Assembly (NCBI GenBank): GCA_964016885.1
Contig: OZ024741.1
Location: forward strand, 157,108,001-157,172,000
Length of the DNA stretch: 64,000 bases
DNA from: Eledone cirrhosa
Taxonomy: Eukaryota
Direction of reading: 5' to 3'
The notes beneath the pieces were generated by a model. It did not search any database. It worked only from the letters and a program-made list of their open reading frames with translations, and was not told the origin of the DNA. A program made the translations under genes and the position numbers. Positions 38,397-55,465 of this stretch are shown here, piece after piece (positions within the stretch are counted from its first letter, which is position 1; every line of letters begins with the position of its first letter).

Positions 38397-40351
38397 CATC
38401 ATCATCATCATCACCGTTTTACGTCCGTTCTTCCACGTTAGCATAGGTTAGACGGTTTGTCCTGTTGTGGACAGTGTTCAGTCGGCTGATCTTGTCTTGC
38501 TCATATGGGAACTGATCCTGGCTTGATTTCTACAGCTGGATGCCCTTCCTAACACCAACCTCATTTACAATGAGTGCTGGGGGCTTTTTTCCGTGGCGCC
38601 TGCACGTCCACTTTACAGTGAGTGCTGGGTGCTTTTTTTGCCGTGGCACCTCCACGACCACTTTGTAGTGGGAGGGTGTGGGGGCATATTGTCTATATGC
38701 TTCAGCTTCGGCTTGTACCCGTGGGAAGTCGGGTCTTCTGTATTACTGTGTGACGCCAGATGTCACGGTCCTGTGTCATCACCTTTGAGAGGTGCTTTTA
38801 TCACCTCATCCCAAGTCTTCTTGGTTCTCCCCACTCCGTGGCTTCCATCGACTTCTAGTGCTCTGCAACTTTTTATGCAGCTGTCACCTTCATACGCATC
38901 ACATGTCCAAACCAATGCAACCTCCTCTCCTGCACACAGCATTTTATTCCTCTTATGCTCAGTCCCTCTCTCAATTCGTTCATGCTTTGCCATTCACACA
39001 CATTACTATTACACATCCATCGGATCATGCAAGCTTCGTCTCTTTCTAATCTACGCAAGTCTTCTACAGACAGTGCTCAGGTCTCACTACCATGTAATAT
39101 TGCTGTTCATATACACGCATCATACAGTCTGCCTTTCATTTTGAGGGAAAAGCCTTTTGCAGCTAGCAGTAGCAGCATCTCCCTGAATTTCTTCCATCCC
39201 GTTCTTACCCTAGTTATTGTACTTTCCGAACACCCACCTCCGCTGCTAATTCGGTCATCCAGGTAGCAGGAGCTGTCTACTGTTTCTACAGAGCCCTCCC
39301 AGAGATTGGTGTTGCTTGTTTCCTATGGCCACTTGTTTCTTGCTGTCCCAGCGCAGCTGCTACATGTAAAGCCTAGATTCTTAGCTAAGCTTCCTGAGAT
39401 CCCACTACATCTCTTGTGTACCTATCGTTTGCATTTGGGGCAGAGGATGGAGTTCCTACCTATACCTTTCCTACATACTGAGCAAGGCCATTTCCCTGAG
39501 GGGATCTGGGTTCTATTTTCTCGTCTACTTACGAGGACCTTAGTCTTTGTCAGGTTGACTTTGAGAGTCCCTGCTTCCATGTTTGGAATTTTTTCTCTAG
39601 TTCCACCATAAATTCAGCTATAAGTGTGAGATCATCCACATATAGTAGTTCCCATTGGCATCTGGTCTTAAACTTCTCTGTTATTGCTTGCAATACTATA
39701 ATGAACAGGAGAGGGCTAAGAACAGAGCCATGGTGGACACTGACCTGTATGGTAAATTCCTCACTGTAGTCATTGCTAACCCTAACTTTGCTGACTGCTC
39801 CCCTATACATGGCTTGTACAGCTTTCACAAGCCTTTCATCTAGTCCTAGTTTTCTAAGAACCCACCAGATTATAGCACGGGGGACTCTGTCAAAGACTTT
39901 TCCAGATTGACAAATGCCAGGTAGAGCGGCTTACTTTTAGCTAGCTACTTTTCCTGTAACTGCCTCACAAGGAAGAGGGCATCAGTGGTGCCTTTTCCTG
40001 GCACGAACCCAAATTGCATCTCATCTAGTTTTACCCGGTCCCTAATCAACTGTGCTATAACTCTTTCCATTACTTTCATGACCTGGTTCATCAGCTTCAT
40101 ACCTCTATAGTTTCCTCTATCTAGTGCATCACCTTTACCTTTGTAGCAGTTGACAATGATGCTGCTGCACCAATCCTTTGGTATGACACCCTCTGGTTAA
40201 CAATACGTGTGGTTATGGTGTGACCTACCGACCCAGATGCTTTCAGCATCTCAGCAGCTATACCCGATGGACCAGTTGCCTTCCCAGTCTTCATATCTTT
40301 AATTGCCTTACTTACTACACTGCTGCTGACTTGTACTACTGGCCCCTCAAT
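38397..40351 (-). mobile_element. 5'-truncated RTE family B LINE
   Basis: KATGPSGIAAEMLKAS, MQFGFVPGKGTTDA, HHGSVLSPLLF, LYVDDL, the C4HC3 finger, RLERDEACMIRWMC, then 3' UTR and (GAT)n tail. Confidence 0.9.
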
Positions 40352-40634
40352 TCTCAGACCGGGCGATGTGTTGTTTCCTTGAGCAAGGCAATTTATTTCA
40401 CATTGCTCCAGTTTACTCAGCTGTAGAAATGAGATGATAGGGACTGGGGTCCCTATCATTCCACTGCAAAGTAGTCGTGGAGGTGCCACGGCAAAAAAGC
40501 ACCCAGCACTCACTGTAAATGAGGTTGGTGTTAGGAAGGGCATCCAGCTGTAGAAATGAAGCCAGAATCAGTTCCCGTCCCACCCTTGCAAACAGGGAAA
40601 AGTGAACGTAAAATGAAATGATGATGATGGTGAT
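40347..40634 (+). mobile_element. 5'-truncated tRNA SINE with RTE tail (same family as 2906-3284)
   Basis: tcaattctcagaccgggcgatgtgttgtttccttgagcaagg ... ggcatccagctgtagaa ... (gat)n. Confidence 0.85.
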
Positions 40635-40651
40635 ACATACGCAGGCATACG

Positions 40652-40727
40652 TACATACATACATACATACATACATACATACATACATACATACATACAT
40701 ACATACATACATACATACATACATACA
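40652..40727. repeat. (TACA)n microsatellite
   Basis: Directly visible; abuts the R4/Dong-like element. Confidence 0.95.
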
Positions 40728-42783
40728 TGGATGATAGAGGCCCTCCAACTTGCTAAAGTCCCAGACATTATTGTCAGAGCCATAGAGAGGCTGTCTTCTT
40801 CTTGGGCTACTATCCTAAGGTTAAAGACAGAGAGGGAGGACTCTATTTTCACTGATAAAATAAAATATTGCAGGGGTATATTTCAGGGGGACAGTCTCTC
40901 TGTGATATTATTCATCTTGTCATTAAACCCCTTGTCCTTTCTGCTCAAGAAATGTGAGGGATACATCATTGGCTCACAGGAGGACAGAAATACGAACCTA
41001 ACCCATAATTTCTTTGTGGACGATCTGAAACTCTATGCCAAAACATGGATGGGATGAAGAAAATTCTTGACCTGGTTACAACGTTCTCAAAGGATATAGA
41101 AATGGAGTTTGGCTAAGATAAATGCTCATACATGACTGTAAAACGGGGAAAAACAACAACCCAATCTAGTAACATTGTGATCAATGGCCTAACTGTTTCA
41201 CCGATATCTGATGAGGACTGCTACAGATTCCTGGGGATAGATGAGAACATATCCTATAATGGTATCTGTAATAAGGAATGCGTAACCAGGGAATACTATA
41301 TCCGATTAAGAAAGATTTGGTCATCGGAACTCTATGCGCAAAACAAAACAGTGGCTCACAATGTGTTTGCTGTGCCTGTCCTAACACCAACGTTTGGAAT
41401 ACTCAATTGGACGATAGACGAAATCCGAGCAGTTGATGTTGGAACTTAAAAAATACTAAACAACACCGGAAACTTCCACATCAACAGTGACATAGACCGC
41501 CTTTACTTGAAACGTAAGCAGGGAGGCAGATGCCTAACATCAGTCCAGACAGCATTTGAATGTCGCATCATATCTCTCCGACAACATCTACGAACCTCGA
41601 AGCGTAGAAGCCCGTCTCTCGAGCAAGTCTATCTGCATGAAACAGATAAGATCATGAGAGTTGGGAAGGAACTCCTCGAGAGATATTCCCTGTGTGATAA
41701 TCAAAAACTCACACCCAGGGAAGTCGCTCAGCAGTATCGCAGTGAATCCATGGATGAAAAACTGCATGCTTATCAGCAAAATATTATGCATGGATATGTT
41801 GCCAGGAAGCTCCAGAGTGAGAGTAATATAGATAAGGAAAGTAGTCTATCTTGGACCAACAACCGCTATATTGGCTCCCACTTTGAAGGATACGCTTTTG
41901 CAATCCAGGAACAGGAGATTAACACGAAATACCTGATTCACAAAAGAGATAGCGATGCAGTCAAAACACCTAGATGTGATAACAAGTGCAGACTCTGCAG
42001 AACTAACATTGAGGATATCACCCATGTCATCAGCAGCTGTCCAAAGATGTCATTGCGGTACTATCTACCTATGAGGCATGATGTAGTGGCCAAAACACTG
42101 TACAATGCAGTTCGTAAAAAAGATTGCCCCGATAATAAACACATTAAAAGCTACAACAATGTGGAAGACATCCATGTAAATAATATGAAAGAGTACTGGT
42201 GGAATGTTCCAGTAAAAACCCCAATAAAATGCAGACATAACAGACCAGATATTATGATATGGGACAGGGAGAAGAAAGCATGCACAGTAGTGGAAATTAG
42301 CTGCCCAACAGATGCCAATATAATATCAAAGATTAGTGAAAAGGAGAATATTTATGCAGAACTGATGAGAAATCTGCAGATACTCCACCCTGATTACACC
42401 TTCAGATTTATGCCTGTGATTATTGGGGCACTGGGGTATGTTAGTAACTGCCTCAATACAAATCTTGAGAAGCTAGGTTTCACAGGAACAGAAAGAACAC
42501 AACTAGTTAGGAAATTACAAGTACAATCCATTAATGGAACAGTAAAAATATGTAAAACATTCCAAAACTTTTGCATCTAATAACTGCATATACACATGTA
42601 CAGATACAAAGCATATACACATGCACACATACAACTCAAAACATACACATCCATATCTACACATGCATACATAATCTACCTAGTTGATGTTGTGTAAATT
42701 CCAATGAGAGAGTCTTGTGTCTATGTTAGAACCGACTCTCTCTCTATTGGGAAAAAATTTGTGAAATTATAAAACCAGAAGAA
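40728..42783 (+). mobile_element. 5'-truncated R4/Dong-clade non-LTR retrotransposon
   Basis: RGIFQGDSLS and FVDDLKLYA (RT); CRLC..HVISSC..RHD (CCHC); NRPDI..VVEISCP..KENIY (PD-(D/E)xK endonuclease); stop at 42580 then a short UTR. Confidence 0.88.
41507..42580 (+). pseudogene. C-terminal zinc knuckle + restriction-like endonuclease of the R4/Dong-like ORF
   Basis: 357 open codons with CRLC/H/C, RHD and RPD..E motifs; the upstream part has a stop and a frameshift. Confidence 0.85.
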
Positions 42784-42971
42784 CATACATGCATACATAC
42801 ATACACATATACACATATATACACACACAGGCTGGCGTTGGTGTTTGATGAGGTTGAACATCCGTGGTAGTTAATCTCCCTAGGAAATAAAATCTGGAGT
42901 CAAAATTCTCTCCTTACCAAAAAACATAAATCATGTCACATATACACACACTTAAATATAAATGCATGTAT

Positions 42972-43370
42972 ATCATCATCATCATCATCATCACCGTTTT
43001 ACGTCCGTTCTTCCACGCTAGCATGGGTTAGACGGGTTGTCCTGATGTGGGCAGTGTCTGGTCGGCTGACCATGCCTTGCTCATACAGGAACTGATTTGG
43101 CTTGATTTCTACAGCTGGATGCCCTTCCTAACACCAACCTCATTTACAGTGAGTGCTGGGTGCTTTTTCGTGGCGCCTACACGTCCACTTTTCAGTGTGG
43201 GCTGGGTGCTTTTTTGCCGTAGCACCTCCACGACCACCTTGCAGTGGGAGGGTGTGGGGGCATATTGTCTATATGCTTCAGCTTGTACCCATGGGAGGTC
43301 GGGTACTCTGTATTACTGCGTGACGCCAGAGGTCACGGTCGTGTGTCATCGCCTTTGAGAGGTGTAATTG
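42972..43370 (-). mobile_element. RTE family B 3' end/tail
   Basis: Colinear with 38397-38790 and 20521-20900. Confidence 0.85.
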
Positions 43371-43576
43371 GGAGGTGTATATATACAAATATATAAATGT
43401 ATAGTTATATACATACGTAAATGTATGTATATATGCAAGATCAATGATGGTTGGCAAATCACTGACGAAGGACTAATTTTATCATATGTAACCCATGTGC
43501 AACCACGCAGTATTCTTCTTTCTTCTCGTGTTTTTTTATATATATGTATATATATATATAGAATACACACACACAT

Positions 43577-43642
<66 letters not shown>

Positions 43643-43774
43643 CCTTTTTCAGTGTGGTCTACCTCTGGTAGTAGGGTCCGTACCGTAGATAGAACTCAAT
43701 GTAATCCAGTAAAATCCATAGAGAAGTTCTGTGTTTCGTTGAGTTAATTCTTTAGATACAGAGTCAGATATTTG

Positions 43775-43864
43775 GTATTAAATTAACAATGAAAATAAAA
43801 ACAACAAAATAAAAACAACAAAGTTATAAAGTAGTTGTTTTTATTTTCATTGTCAATTTAATAC
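43775..43864. repeat. AT-rich inverted repeat (~31-bp arms)
   Basis: gtattaaattaacaatgaaaataaaaacaac / gttgtttttattttcattgtcaatttaatac. Confidence 0.85.
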
Positions 43865-43895
43865 TATATACACAGTATATATATATATATATATC

Positions 43896-43990
43896 ATATA
43901 AAACGAAAAATCAGTGATGTATCTGAACTCAATTTATTGTGTAACACAATAAATTGAGTTCAGATGCATCACTAATTTTTCGTTTTATAT
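43896..43990. repeat. Near-perfect 95-bp palindrome (47-bp arms, 1-nt centre)
   Basis: atataaaacgaaaaatcagtgatgtatctgaactcaatttattgtgt-a-acacaataaattgagttcagatgcatcactaatttttcgttttatat; one arm also occurs alone at ~3290-3325. Confidence 0.92.
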
Positions 43991-44074
43991 TATATCACAC
44001 TCTGCTCTGTAAGAACATAGAGTGCTCAACTGGCATACCGCCTATGGAAGCATCTTAGCTACCATCAGACACAG

Positions 44075-44111
<37 letters not shown>

Positions 44112-44113
<2 letters not shown>

Positions 44114-44355
44114 AGAAGCTTGCTTCCCAACCACATATTTCCGGGTTCAGTCCAAAAGTTTCCGGGCCGACCAAAGCCCTGTGAGTGGATTTGATAGACC
44201 AAAACTAAAAGAAGCCCGTCGTATATATGTTTATATGTCTGTGTGTGTCTTTGCATTTGCGTTTGCCCTCCCACCAATACTTGTTGGTTTGTTGACGGCC
44301 CCATAACTTACCAAGGTGATGCTCCAGCATGGGCGTAGTCCAGTGACAGAAAAAA
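44112..44355 (+). mobile_element. tRNA-derived SINE fragment (third family)
   Basis: aagaagcttgcttcccaaccac..gggttcagtcc..gggccgaccaaagcc..gtgagtggatttg..aagaagcccgtcg; older relatives at ~3920-4040 and ~26365-26530. Resembles an abundant octopus SINE as I recall it. Confidence 0.65.
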
Positions 44356-44361
44356 AGTAAA

Positions 44362-44407
<46 letters not shown>

Positions 44408-44412
44408 ATAGA

Positions 44413-44818
44413 AGAGGGGTCGCAAACTCAAGGACATAAAAGGGCCATTACGGCCTGGAGGAGAGGCACAGTAGAACAAACGTGGTGGTGGGTGATGATT
44501 TTCACCAGTTACAATCATTTCTACTATAGGCACAAGGCATGAAATTTGGTGTTTAGGGTCCCGTCGATTACATCGATCCCAGTTCACAACTTGTACTTAA
44601 TTTATCGATCCTAAAAGAATGAAAGGCAAAGTTGAGATCGGCTGAATTTGAACTCAGAACGTAAAAATAGAAGAAGTACCGCTAAGCATTTCGCCAGATG
44701 TGCTAACGATTCCACCAACTCACCGCCTAATTTTCACCAGTTATAATGGAATCTGAAATATTGGTTCTATCTCGGGCCATAGAAAAGTAGTTCGTGGGCC
44801 GCATGTTTGAACCCCTTG
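44413..44818. mobile_element. hAT-like MITE interrupted by a SINE
   Basis: Ends gaggggtcgcaaac ... gggccgcatgtttgaaccccttg form an imperfect inverted pair resembling hAT/Charlie termini. Confidence 0.45.
44512..44729 (-). mobile_element. Full-length Nin/Deu-like SINE with 14-bp TSD
   Basis: TSD attttcaccagtta at 44498-44511 and 44730-44743; head ggcggtgagttggtggaatcgttagc, B-box gttcaaattc. Confidence 0.88.
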
Positions 44819-44833
44819 TTGGAGAGATAGATA

Positions 44834-47800
44834 TGTTTCTTTATTAGCCACAGGGGCACAAAAGAAGGGGACAAATACAAAGGGGGAAGTTTACATACAA
44901 TAAAAACGTGTAAAATAATGCAATTTAAAAATTAGTCGATTTTCCCCAATAGGGGAGACAGTTCATATGGGTAACACATACCCCCGAACAAATGTACAAC
45001 CCTCATCTCCAGGAGTACGAAGAGTTTGTACTCCCTTCCTCTCCTCCTCCTTTTCCTCAACCTACAGGCTGATATAGAGAGAAGGCCCATTCACTCGGGC
45101 CATTCTCGCCACTTTCACCCACCTTTCATAAAACTTGCTGGGGTACAGCACCTCTCTCTCCATCCTGATTCTTCTTCCAAAGTGGTATTTGAAAAAAAGA
45201 ATCAGTTGTTGGCCGGAGAGAAAGGTGTCTGCCCTCAGCCCTTTCAACCTTGTCCACCATACAACCTCTTTCGCCAAAGCTATCACACAAAGGAAAACCG
45301 CCTCTCCTTCGTTTTTGAAGGAGGGTGGCGGTTTGATCATGACAATGGACTCGGTGGTCAACCGGATTGGTCCCACCCGCGACAATAATCGTTCTACATA
45401 GCCCCACAGGTCAGTGACGCCCGGGCAGTGTATGAATGCGTGCGCGACGGTTTCTTCGTCTCGCACGCACCTCGGACAAATCTTTTTTGCAGGGTCCCTG
45501 CCCGGGCGCCCATGTCTGTAGAGCTTGTCACGAACTGGTAGAGCTCCTCGGTAGCACTGCTAGGCCAGGGACTTTTGGAAGTTGTCCATCGGTCCCGGGC
45601 GGAAGGTCCTACCGAACAGACTGTCCAGTTCATCTTCCTCTACGCCTAGAGTTTCACAGAGCGCGTCGTCGCACTTGCTGCGGATCAACCCTCTATAGAA
45701 TGACGAAGTGGAGTCTCCACTGATCGCCGGGTCCGCCTGCCAGAGGGCTGTGAGCGCCTGAGCACATTCGATGTGCCAGTCGCCCATTGTCTTCGGTCTT
45801 TGTTTGACCCAGGACTGCAGCTCGGTCAGCGAGACGAGTCGTGGGAAGGCTCGCCTCACGAACGGGGCCCACACCGGTTGTCCGGGGGGGAATACGTAGA
45901 GATGCCGCAGCCTGAGCGCGTGTTTGCGCATCGTCAACCACGGCATCCCCAGCCCTCCTTTAGAAGGGTGTTGGCAGCAGATGGATCTTCTCACAAAAGG
46001 AGTCCGCCTCATCCAAAGGAATTGGAAGAGCGCGCATTCCATTTTGGCGAGCGTGTTGGCTGGACAAGATACGACGGTCAAGCGGTAGTAGATGACGGAC
46101 GCTATAAAAGTGTTCGCCACCTCCGTTCAACCTTTCAAGGATAGTTTGCACTCGGCCCACTTCTGGGTGAGCGCAAACACCTTGGCCGTCACCTCATTCC
46201 AGTTCTTCTCCACCTGGAGGTCCGGACTGAACCAGACCCCGAGCAGCTTTACCGGTCCTTCCGTCCAGCGTCCGACGACGCCATCGGAAGGCATCGGTTT
46301 GCTTCTCCACGATCCGAGTTGCAAACCGATGGACTTGTCCCGGTTCAGCTTCGCTCCTGTGAAACTTTCGTATTCCTTCAGTAAGGTGCCGACTTCCTCG
46401 ATTTGCGAGGTGCTCGACACCATTACTGTCACGTCGTCGGCGTAGGCCGACGCCGCTTTCCGCAGTCCCGTTTCCAAAGGGATGCCCTGCAATAGCTCCA
46501 ACTTCCGCAGTAATGGCTCGAGAGTCAGTACGTACAGGAGGGAGGAGAGAGGGCATCCCTGTCGAATGGATCGCGTAATATGGAACGGTTCCGAGAGGTA
46601 GCCGTTCACCTTGACCCTTGAGCAGATGTTGCTGTTGTGCATTGCAGCATTCCAGCCCCTGAACACGGGTCCGAAGCCTGCCGCCTCGAGCACCGCATCC
46701 AGCTAACGATGGTCAACCCTATCGAAAGCCTTAGACTGATCCAAGTTGATCAGGGCCCAACCGAAGCCGGGTTTACACCCTACCCTCTCTATGATGTATC
46801 GCATGAGGTGGAGGTTGTCGTGTATGGACCTGGTCGGGATTGCGCATGTCTGCGCTTCTCCCACCAGGTTTTCGACGACAAGCGCCAGCCTCTTTGCCAA
46901 CACCTTGGCCAAAATCTGTAACTCTATGTTTAGCAGAGTTATGGGCCGGAAGTTGCCTATGTCATCCACCTTATTCTCGTCCTTCCTGATTAGTGTGACC
47001 ACACCGGTTACAGAACTGGGAATTCTCCCGTTCTGTTGCCAGTTGCAGTAGACCGCTTCCAGGAGACCGGAGAATAAGTCCGGCATTGCTACGTAAAATT
47101 CGTAGGGTAGACCGTCGAGACCTGGAGATTTGCGTTTGCCGCATTGGCTCAGCGCGTCCCCTATCTCAGCGGCTGAAATCGGCTTTTCGCAGAACTTTGC
47201 CTCGCTGTCCGAGAGTCGCGGTAGGCCGTCGAGGTATGGACCGAAATCCCTAGCCCCTCCCGGCACGCCACCCTGCCCGAACAGTTGAGCAAAGTGCCGC
47301 TGAAAGGCCGCACACATCTGCTTCGGCTCACGTATCACGCGTCCGTTTTTGTCCTTCAAAGACCGAATCGTGGACTTGTTGCCACTTTTTGCCTCCGTCA
47401 CTCGGGCCCAGCTAACAGCTTTGGCTCCCTCGTTTCCCAGAGCACGTATTTTGCTTCTGACGACGCAGCCCTCGTGCTTTGCGTCGAAGAACTGGTCCAA
47501 GGCCGTTCTCGTTGCTAGCACGCTTGCTACGTTGCCACTTCTAATTGCCTCTTCTACTTTATCTACCAGTTCCTTCTCGGTTCTATTTCTATCTAACGCT
47601 AATTCTTTACTAAAAACTAATGAGTCTAATCTAACTGCCCTCTTGAGAGAGTACCACCATCTGTTGTTGACAATGGCCCCTGTCAAGTGCTGTTTAACTA
47701 AAGTGCTAATCCGTCTACTGTAGGCTTTGCTTGTCGGTAACGACAAGTTCAGCTTCCAGTAGCCGGGTCCATCTCTATGGGTTCTATCAACGTTGGCCAT

Positions 47801-49326
47801 GCAGGTCACTCGTTTGTGATCTGAAAAGGCAACCATGAACATTTGTGGACAGCTTAACATGTCCCTATCCTTATTTCTAACTAGAACCCTATCTAGGTAT
47901 GATCTAGATGTTCCGCTAAGATTAGTCTACGTCCACAGTGGCGCAGTCGGAAAATCTAGTCGATATCTATCGGCCAGGTCAAATCGGCCGATTAAATGTT
48001 TGAGGCTGTTACACCCCCCTTTATCGGGACATGCTCCCACATAGTCCCAACGTGCATCTAGGATTCCATTCCAGTCCCCCACTAAAAGCAAGGAGCGGGA
48101 CGTTCCCAGAAAAGTCTCTAGACGTTTGAAGAAGTCTGGCCGCGGTGTCCCGGATGGGGCATATGCGGCCACCAGCCTGAAGGCTCCACCTTCACTACCG
48201 TCAACGTCTAGGATCACCTGTCGACCCTCCGGGTCCAGATGTACCGTCTGTGTTACGAGGCCCAGGTGTTTCCGCAGCAAAACGGCAACTCCGCCCCCAC
48301 CCCCCGGTTGAAGATGGGGGCTAGCTGTCGCTCGCTGTGGATCCTGTACTCGCAAATGGCTACCACATCCATACTGTGCGACCTGAGGTCGTTTAAGAGT
48401 TTGCCCTATTTCCAGGGCATCCCCAGGCCGCGTACGTTCACACATCCAACTCTTATATTGGCCATGTTGGTGCTGAAAAGTTAAAAGAGGAAAAGAGATC
48501 ACTCACCCTTCGTCTCCTGGGGACCAGGCCGCACGATTTCCATGGGGGTGTTGGAGGGGTTGTCTGGATGGGTGGTGGTTTCCGGCGGGGTGGGGACGGA
48601 GATGTTGGTGGGGTGGGGTCTGGTGGGATGGGGGTGTCTGGGGTGGGGAGACATTTGAGAAGGACGCGGTTAAGTGGTTTCACGCAGGAATTCCCCACAT
48701 CCTTCTCAAATGTTTCTTTTAGGGACCTATAAGTTTGTATAGGGACCCTAATCAGTTTTAGGTTCAGTTTTTTGTTATTTTTAACAGAGTGGGCGAAATT
48801 TTTCCCCTCGGTTTTCACCGAAGGGTCGTTCGTGATGGTCTCCATTAGTGTTTTGTTTTCAGTGTTTATGTAAGTGTAAGTGTAATTTTCTTGTGTTGTG
48901 TTTGTTTTTGTCTGTAGTTCTTGTGTGTGCTTTCGTTTTGTTGTAGGTATTTTGTTTTCAGGAGGTGGGGGTTTTGTTTGTGATGTTTTTGTTGTTTGTG
49001 TTGGTGGTTGTGTGTTTGTGGTAGTGTTTGCTGGTTTTTTGCTTTTGTGATGTCTTTTCTTTCTTTTCGAGCGATGGGGTTCTCCCTCGTCTTCACTGGG
49101 TGATGGCGATATAGCATCATCTGTTGTATCGTCTGTGTGATTGGGGAGGGGTATGTCTTGGGGAGCTGTTGTGTCTGTATGTGATTTTGCAGTGGTTTTA
49201 GGTGGAGTGGGGTTGGGTGGGACTGTGTTTGTTGTGGATATTTTTGTGTGTTGGTGTTGTTGTTGTTGTGGTGGTGGTGTTGGTGTTTGTGTTGTTTTGA
49301 TGGGTGTCGGCAGAAGAGCCTTTTTT
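44834..49326 (-). mobile_element. Tx1/L1-clade LINE copy 1 (5'-truncated inside ORF1; ORF2 disrupted; 3' UTR with AATAAA)
   Basis: ORF2 ATG at 48465 (MANIRVGCVNVRGL); LLVGDWN, SDH, GPGYWKLN, KSPGLDG, FRPITLLN, LDQSKAFDRVDH, IRQGCPLS, AYADD, GGLGMP and CPRC..HAFIHC; stop at 45062. Confidence 0.92.
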
Positions 49327-53686
<4,360 letters not shown>

Positions 53687-53778
53687 GTGTGTGCCAAACA
53701 CACACATTTCTTACTCTCTCTGTCTCTCCCTCTTTCTCTCTTCATTTATTTATATTTATATATATATATATATATATA

Positions 53779-53862
53779 TGTAGTGACTAGCGCCATCTCC
53801 CAGGGGAACCAAACTATTTGGAGTTACTTCCCCATGGCCAGTATATAAGAGAGCGTTCCGAC

Positions 53863-53900
<38 letters not shown>

Positions 53901-54246
53901 ACCTTTTGGCCGCCTGCAACACATCTGCTGAGGACCTATACCATAAGGCTTAGCTCAGATGTATTCCAATCCTTCTTACAAGGATTAACAAAGCAAGTCA
54001 GAGGTAGAGGTATGTCATTTAACCATTGTAAACACACACGCACAAGCACACGAATAAAGAAAAACTACCTTCACATACTGTTCAGAAGACTTATCGTTGT
54101 TATCATATATATTATTTCCTGTCTGCATCTCATCATCTTGCTTCCTGCTTTCCTTACACATTCTTGTGTTCCTTCACTTATTAAATTAGTGATTGGTATA
54201 CAGTGTTATCTACTAGAATAAATGACCTTATGACCAGTTCACTATA
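53779..54246 (+). mobile_element. Probable solo LTR
   Basis: TGTAGTGA...TCACTATA (one mismatch from a TG..CA inverted end), TATATAAG at ~53843, AATAAA motifs, ~470 bp, inserted in (TA)n. Confidence 0.5.
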
Positions 54247-54649
54247 TATATATATAAAGAATTAGTATATCTACCAATATATATATACAGATGCATACCT
54301 ATGCTAGCAAATATATAGGTTTTGTCTTAGTAACTTTGTGGTTCAATGCAAGGGGATGCAGAACAATTATATGAAAGACGTAAAATAAGAAAATTATAAG
54401 GTATTCTCCATGTTCCATTCGGAAACCATGTTTATTCCCTTTCAGAAACTAATTAGTTGGAGTGAAATTTTAGTAAGTAAGTTAATTTTTATAATTTTCT
54501 TATTTTACTGAGACAATATTGCTTCACGCTGAGTTATTAATAAACGTCTAAATCACCTTGTAGAGGGCTTCTAATCTATTGTGAAACTTTATTCATTGAT
54601 GAATTCATTGAACCTTGTTAAACTTTTTTAATTATATATATATATATAT

Positions 54650-54788
54650 CCCACCCACGAGGGTGGAGTTACGATTTGAAGAATACGATTGGGACTATAT
54701 GGATGAGGAAAGCACGATCCAGAGAGGAATGGACGGCGTGCTGTAACCAGCAGCGTCGAATGGACGCCCGACAGACTGGTCGGTCAAG

Positions 54789-54792
<4 letters not shown>
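54650..54792 (+). mobile_element. Very short RTE-like 3' fragment in (TA)n
   Basis: PPRGWSYDLKNTIGTIWMRKARSREEW resembles the RTE C-terminal RP..RW...W...A..R..W motif. Confidence 0.5.
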
Positions 54793-54857
<65 letters not shown>

Positions 54858-54860
<3 letters not shown>

Positions 54861-55465
54861 GTTGTTATTTGACGTTGAAAAGAGCAGTGGCCTTTGACCT
54901 GGCAATAAAAACTGGAGACAAAATTATTTCTGTACCAAAAACAAGGCACACACACATACACACAAGTTTGTGTGTGTGTATCTATCTATGTATATATATA
55001 TAAGGGATACATATATTGTTTGTTCACTGTCACCAAGCATCTCAATTCATTCGTTGCAACTATGTTTGTTATCGAGGCACTTTATTTTGCAAGGTACTAT
55101 TTTTCCCTTGAGTTTGTGATTCCAGAGAAAGGTAAGAAATTCTTCAGATTTTGCATCTTTTGTATTTTGACTTTACAGTTTGAATTGTAGAATTGTCTAT
55201 TATCCACTCCAAATGTTACAACAGCTAACAGTGAAATATAGAATTTAAAAAAAAAGCTTTTTCGACTGAGATCAAATCTTTGAGAACATTCACGTCTATT
55301 TTTTCAAAAATATATAATTTGAAATAGTTTGCTTTTGTTTTGGACTGAAACTTTTTTGTATTTAATTCGTACGAGTATTTTTTAAAGATTTTTTTAAAGA
55401 TTCTAAGATAACTTGATTTGGCCCAGTAATCTACTGATATCAAAATCAGTAGTATATTGAAAAAT
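54858..55465. repeat. Left arm of ~600-bp long inverted repeat
   Basis: Reverse complement of 57683-58272 apart from several indels. Confidence 0.92.

Noticed and set aside
48473-48506. GT..AG mini-intron fusing ORF1 to ORF2
   Set aside because: Only 34 nt long, and the acceptor AG is absent in copy 2; kept only as a donor-like motif in the findings.
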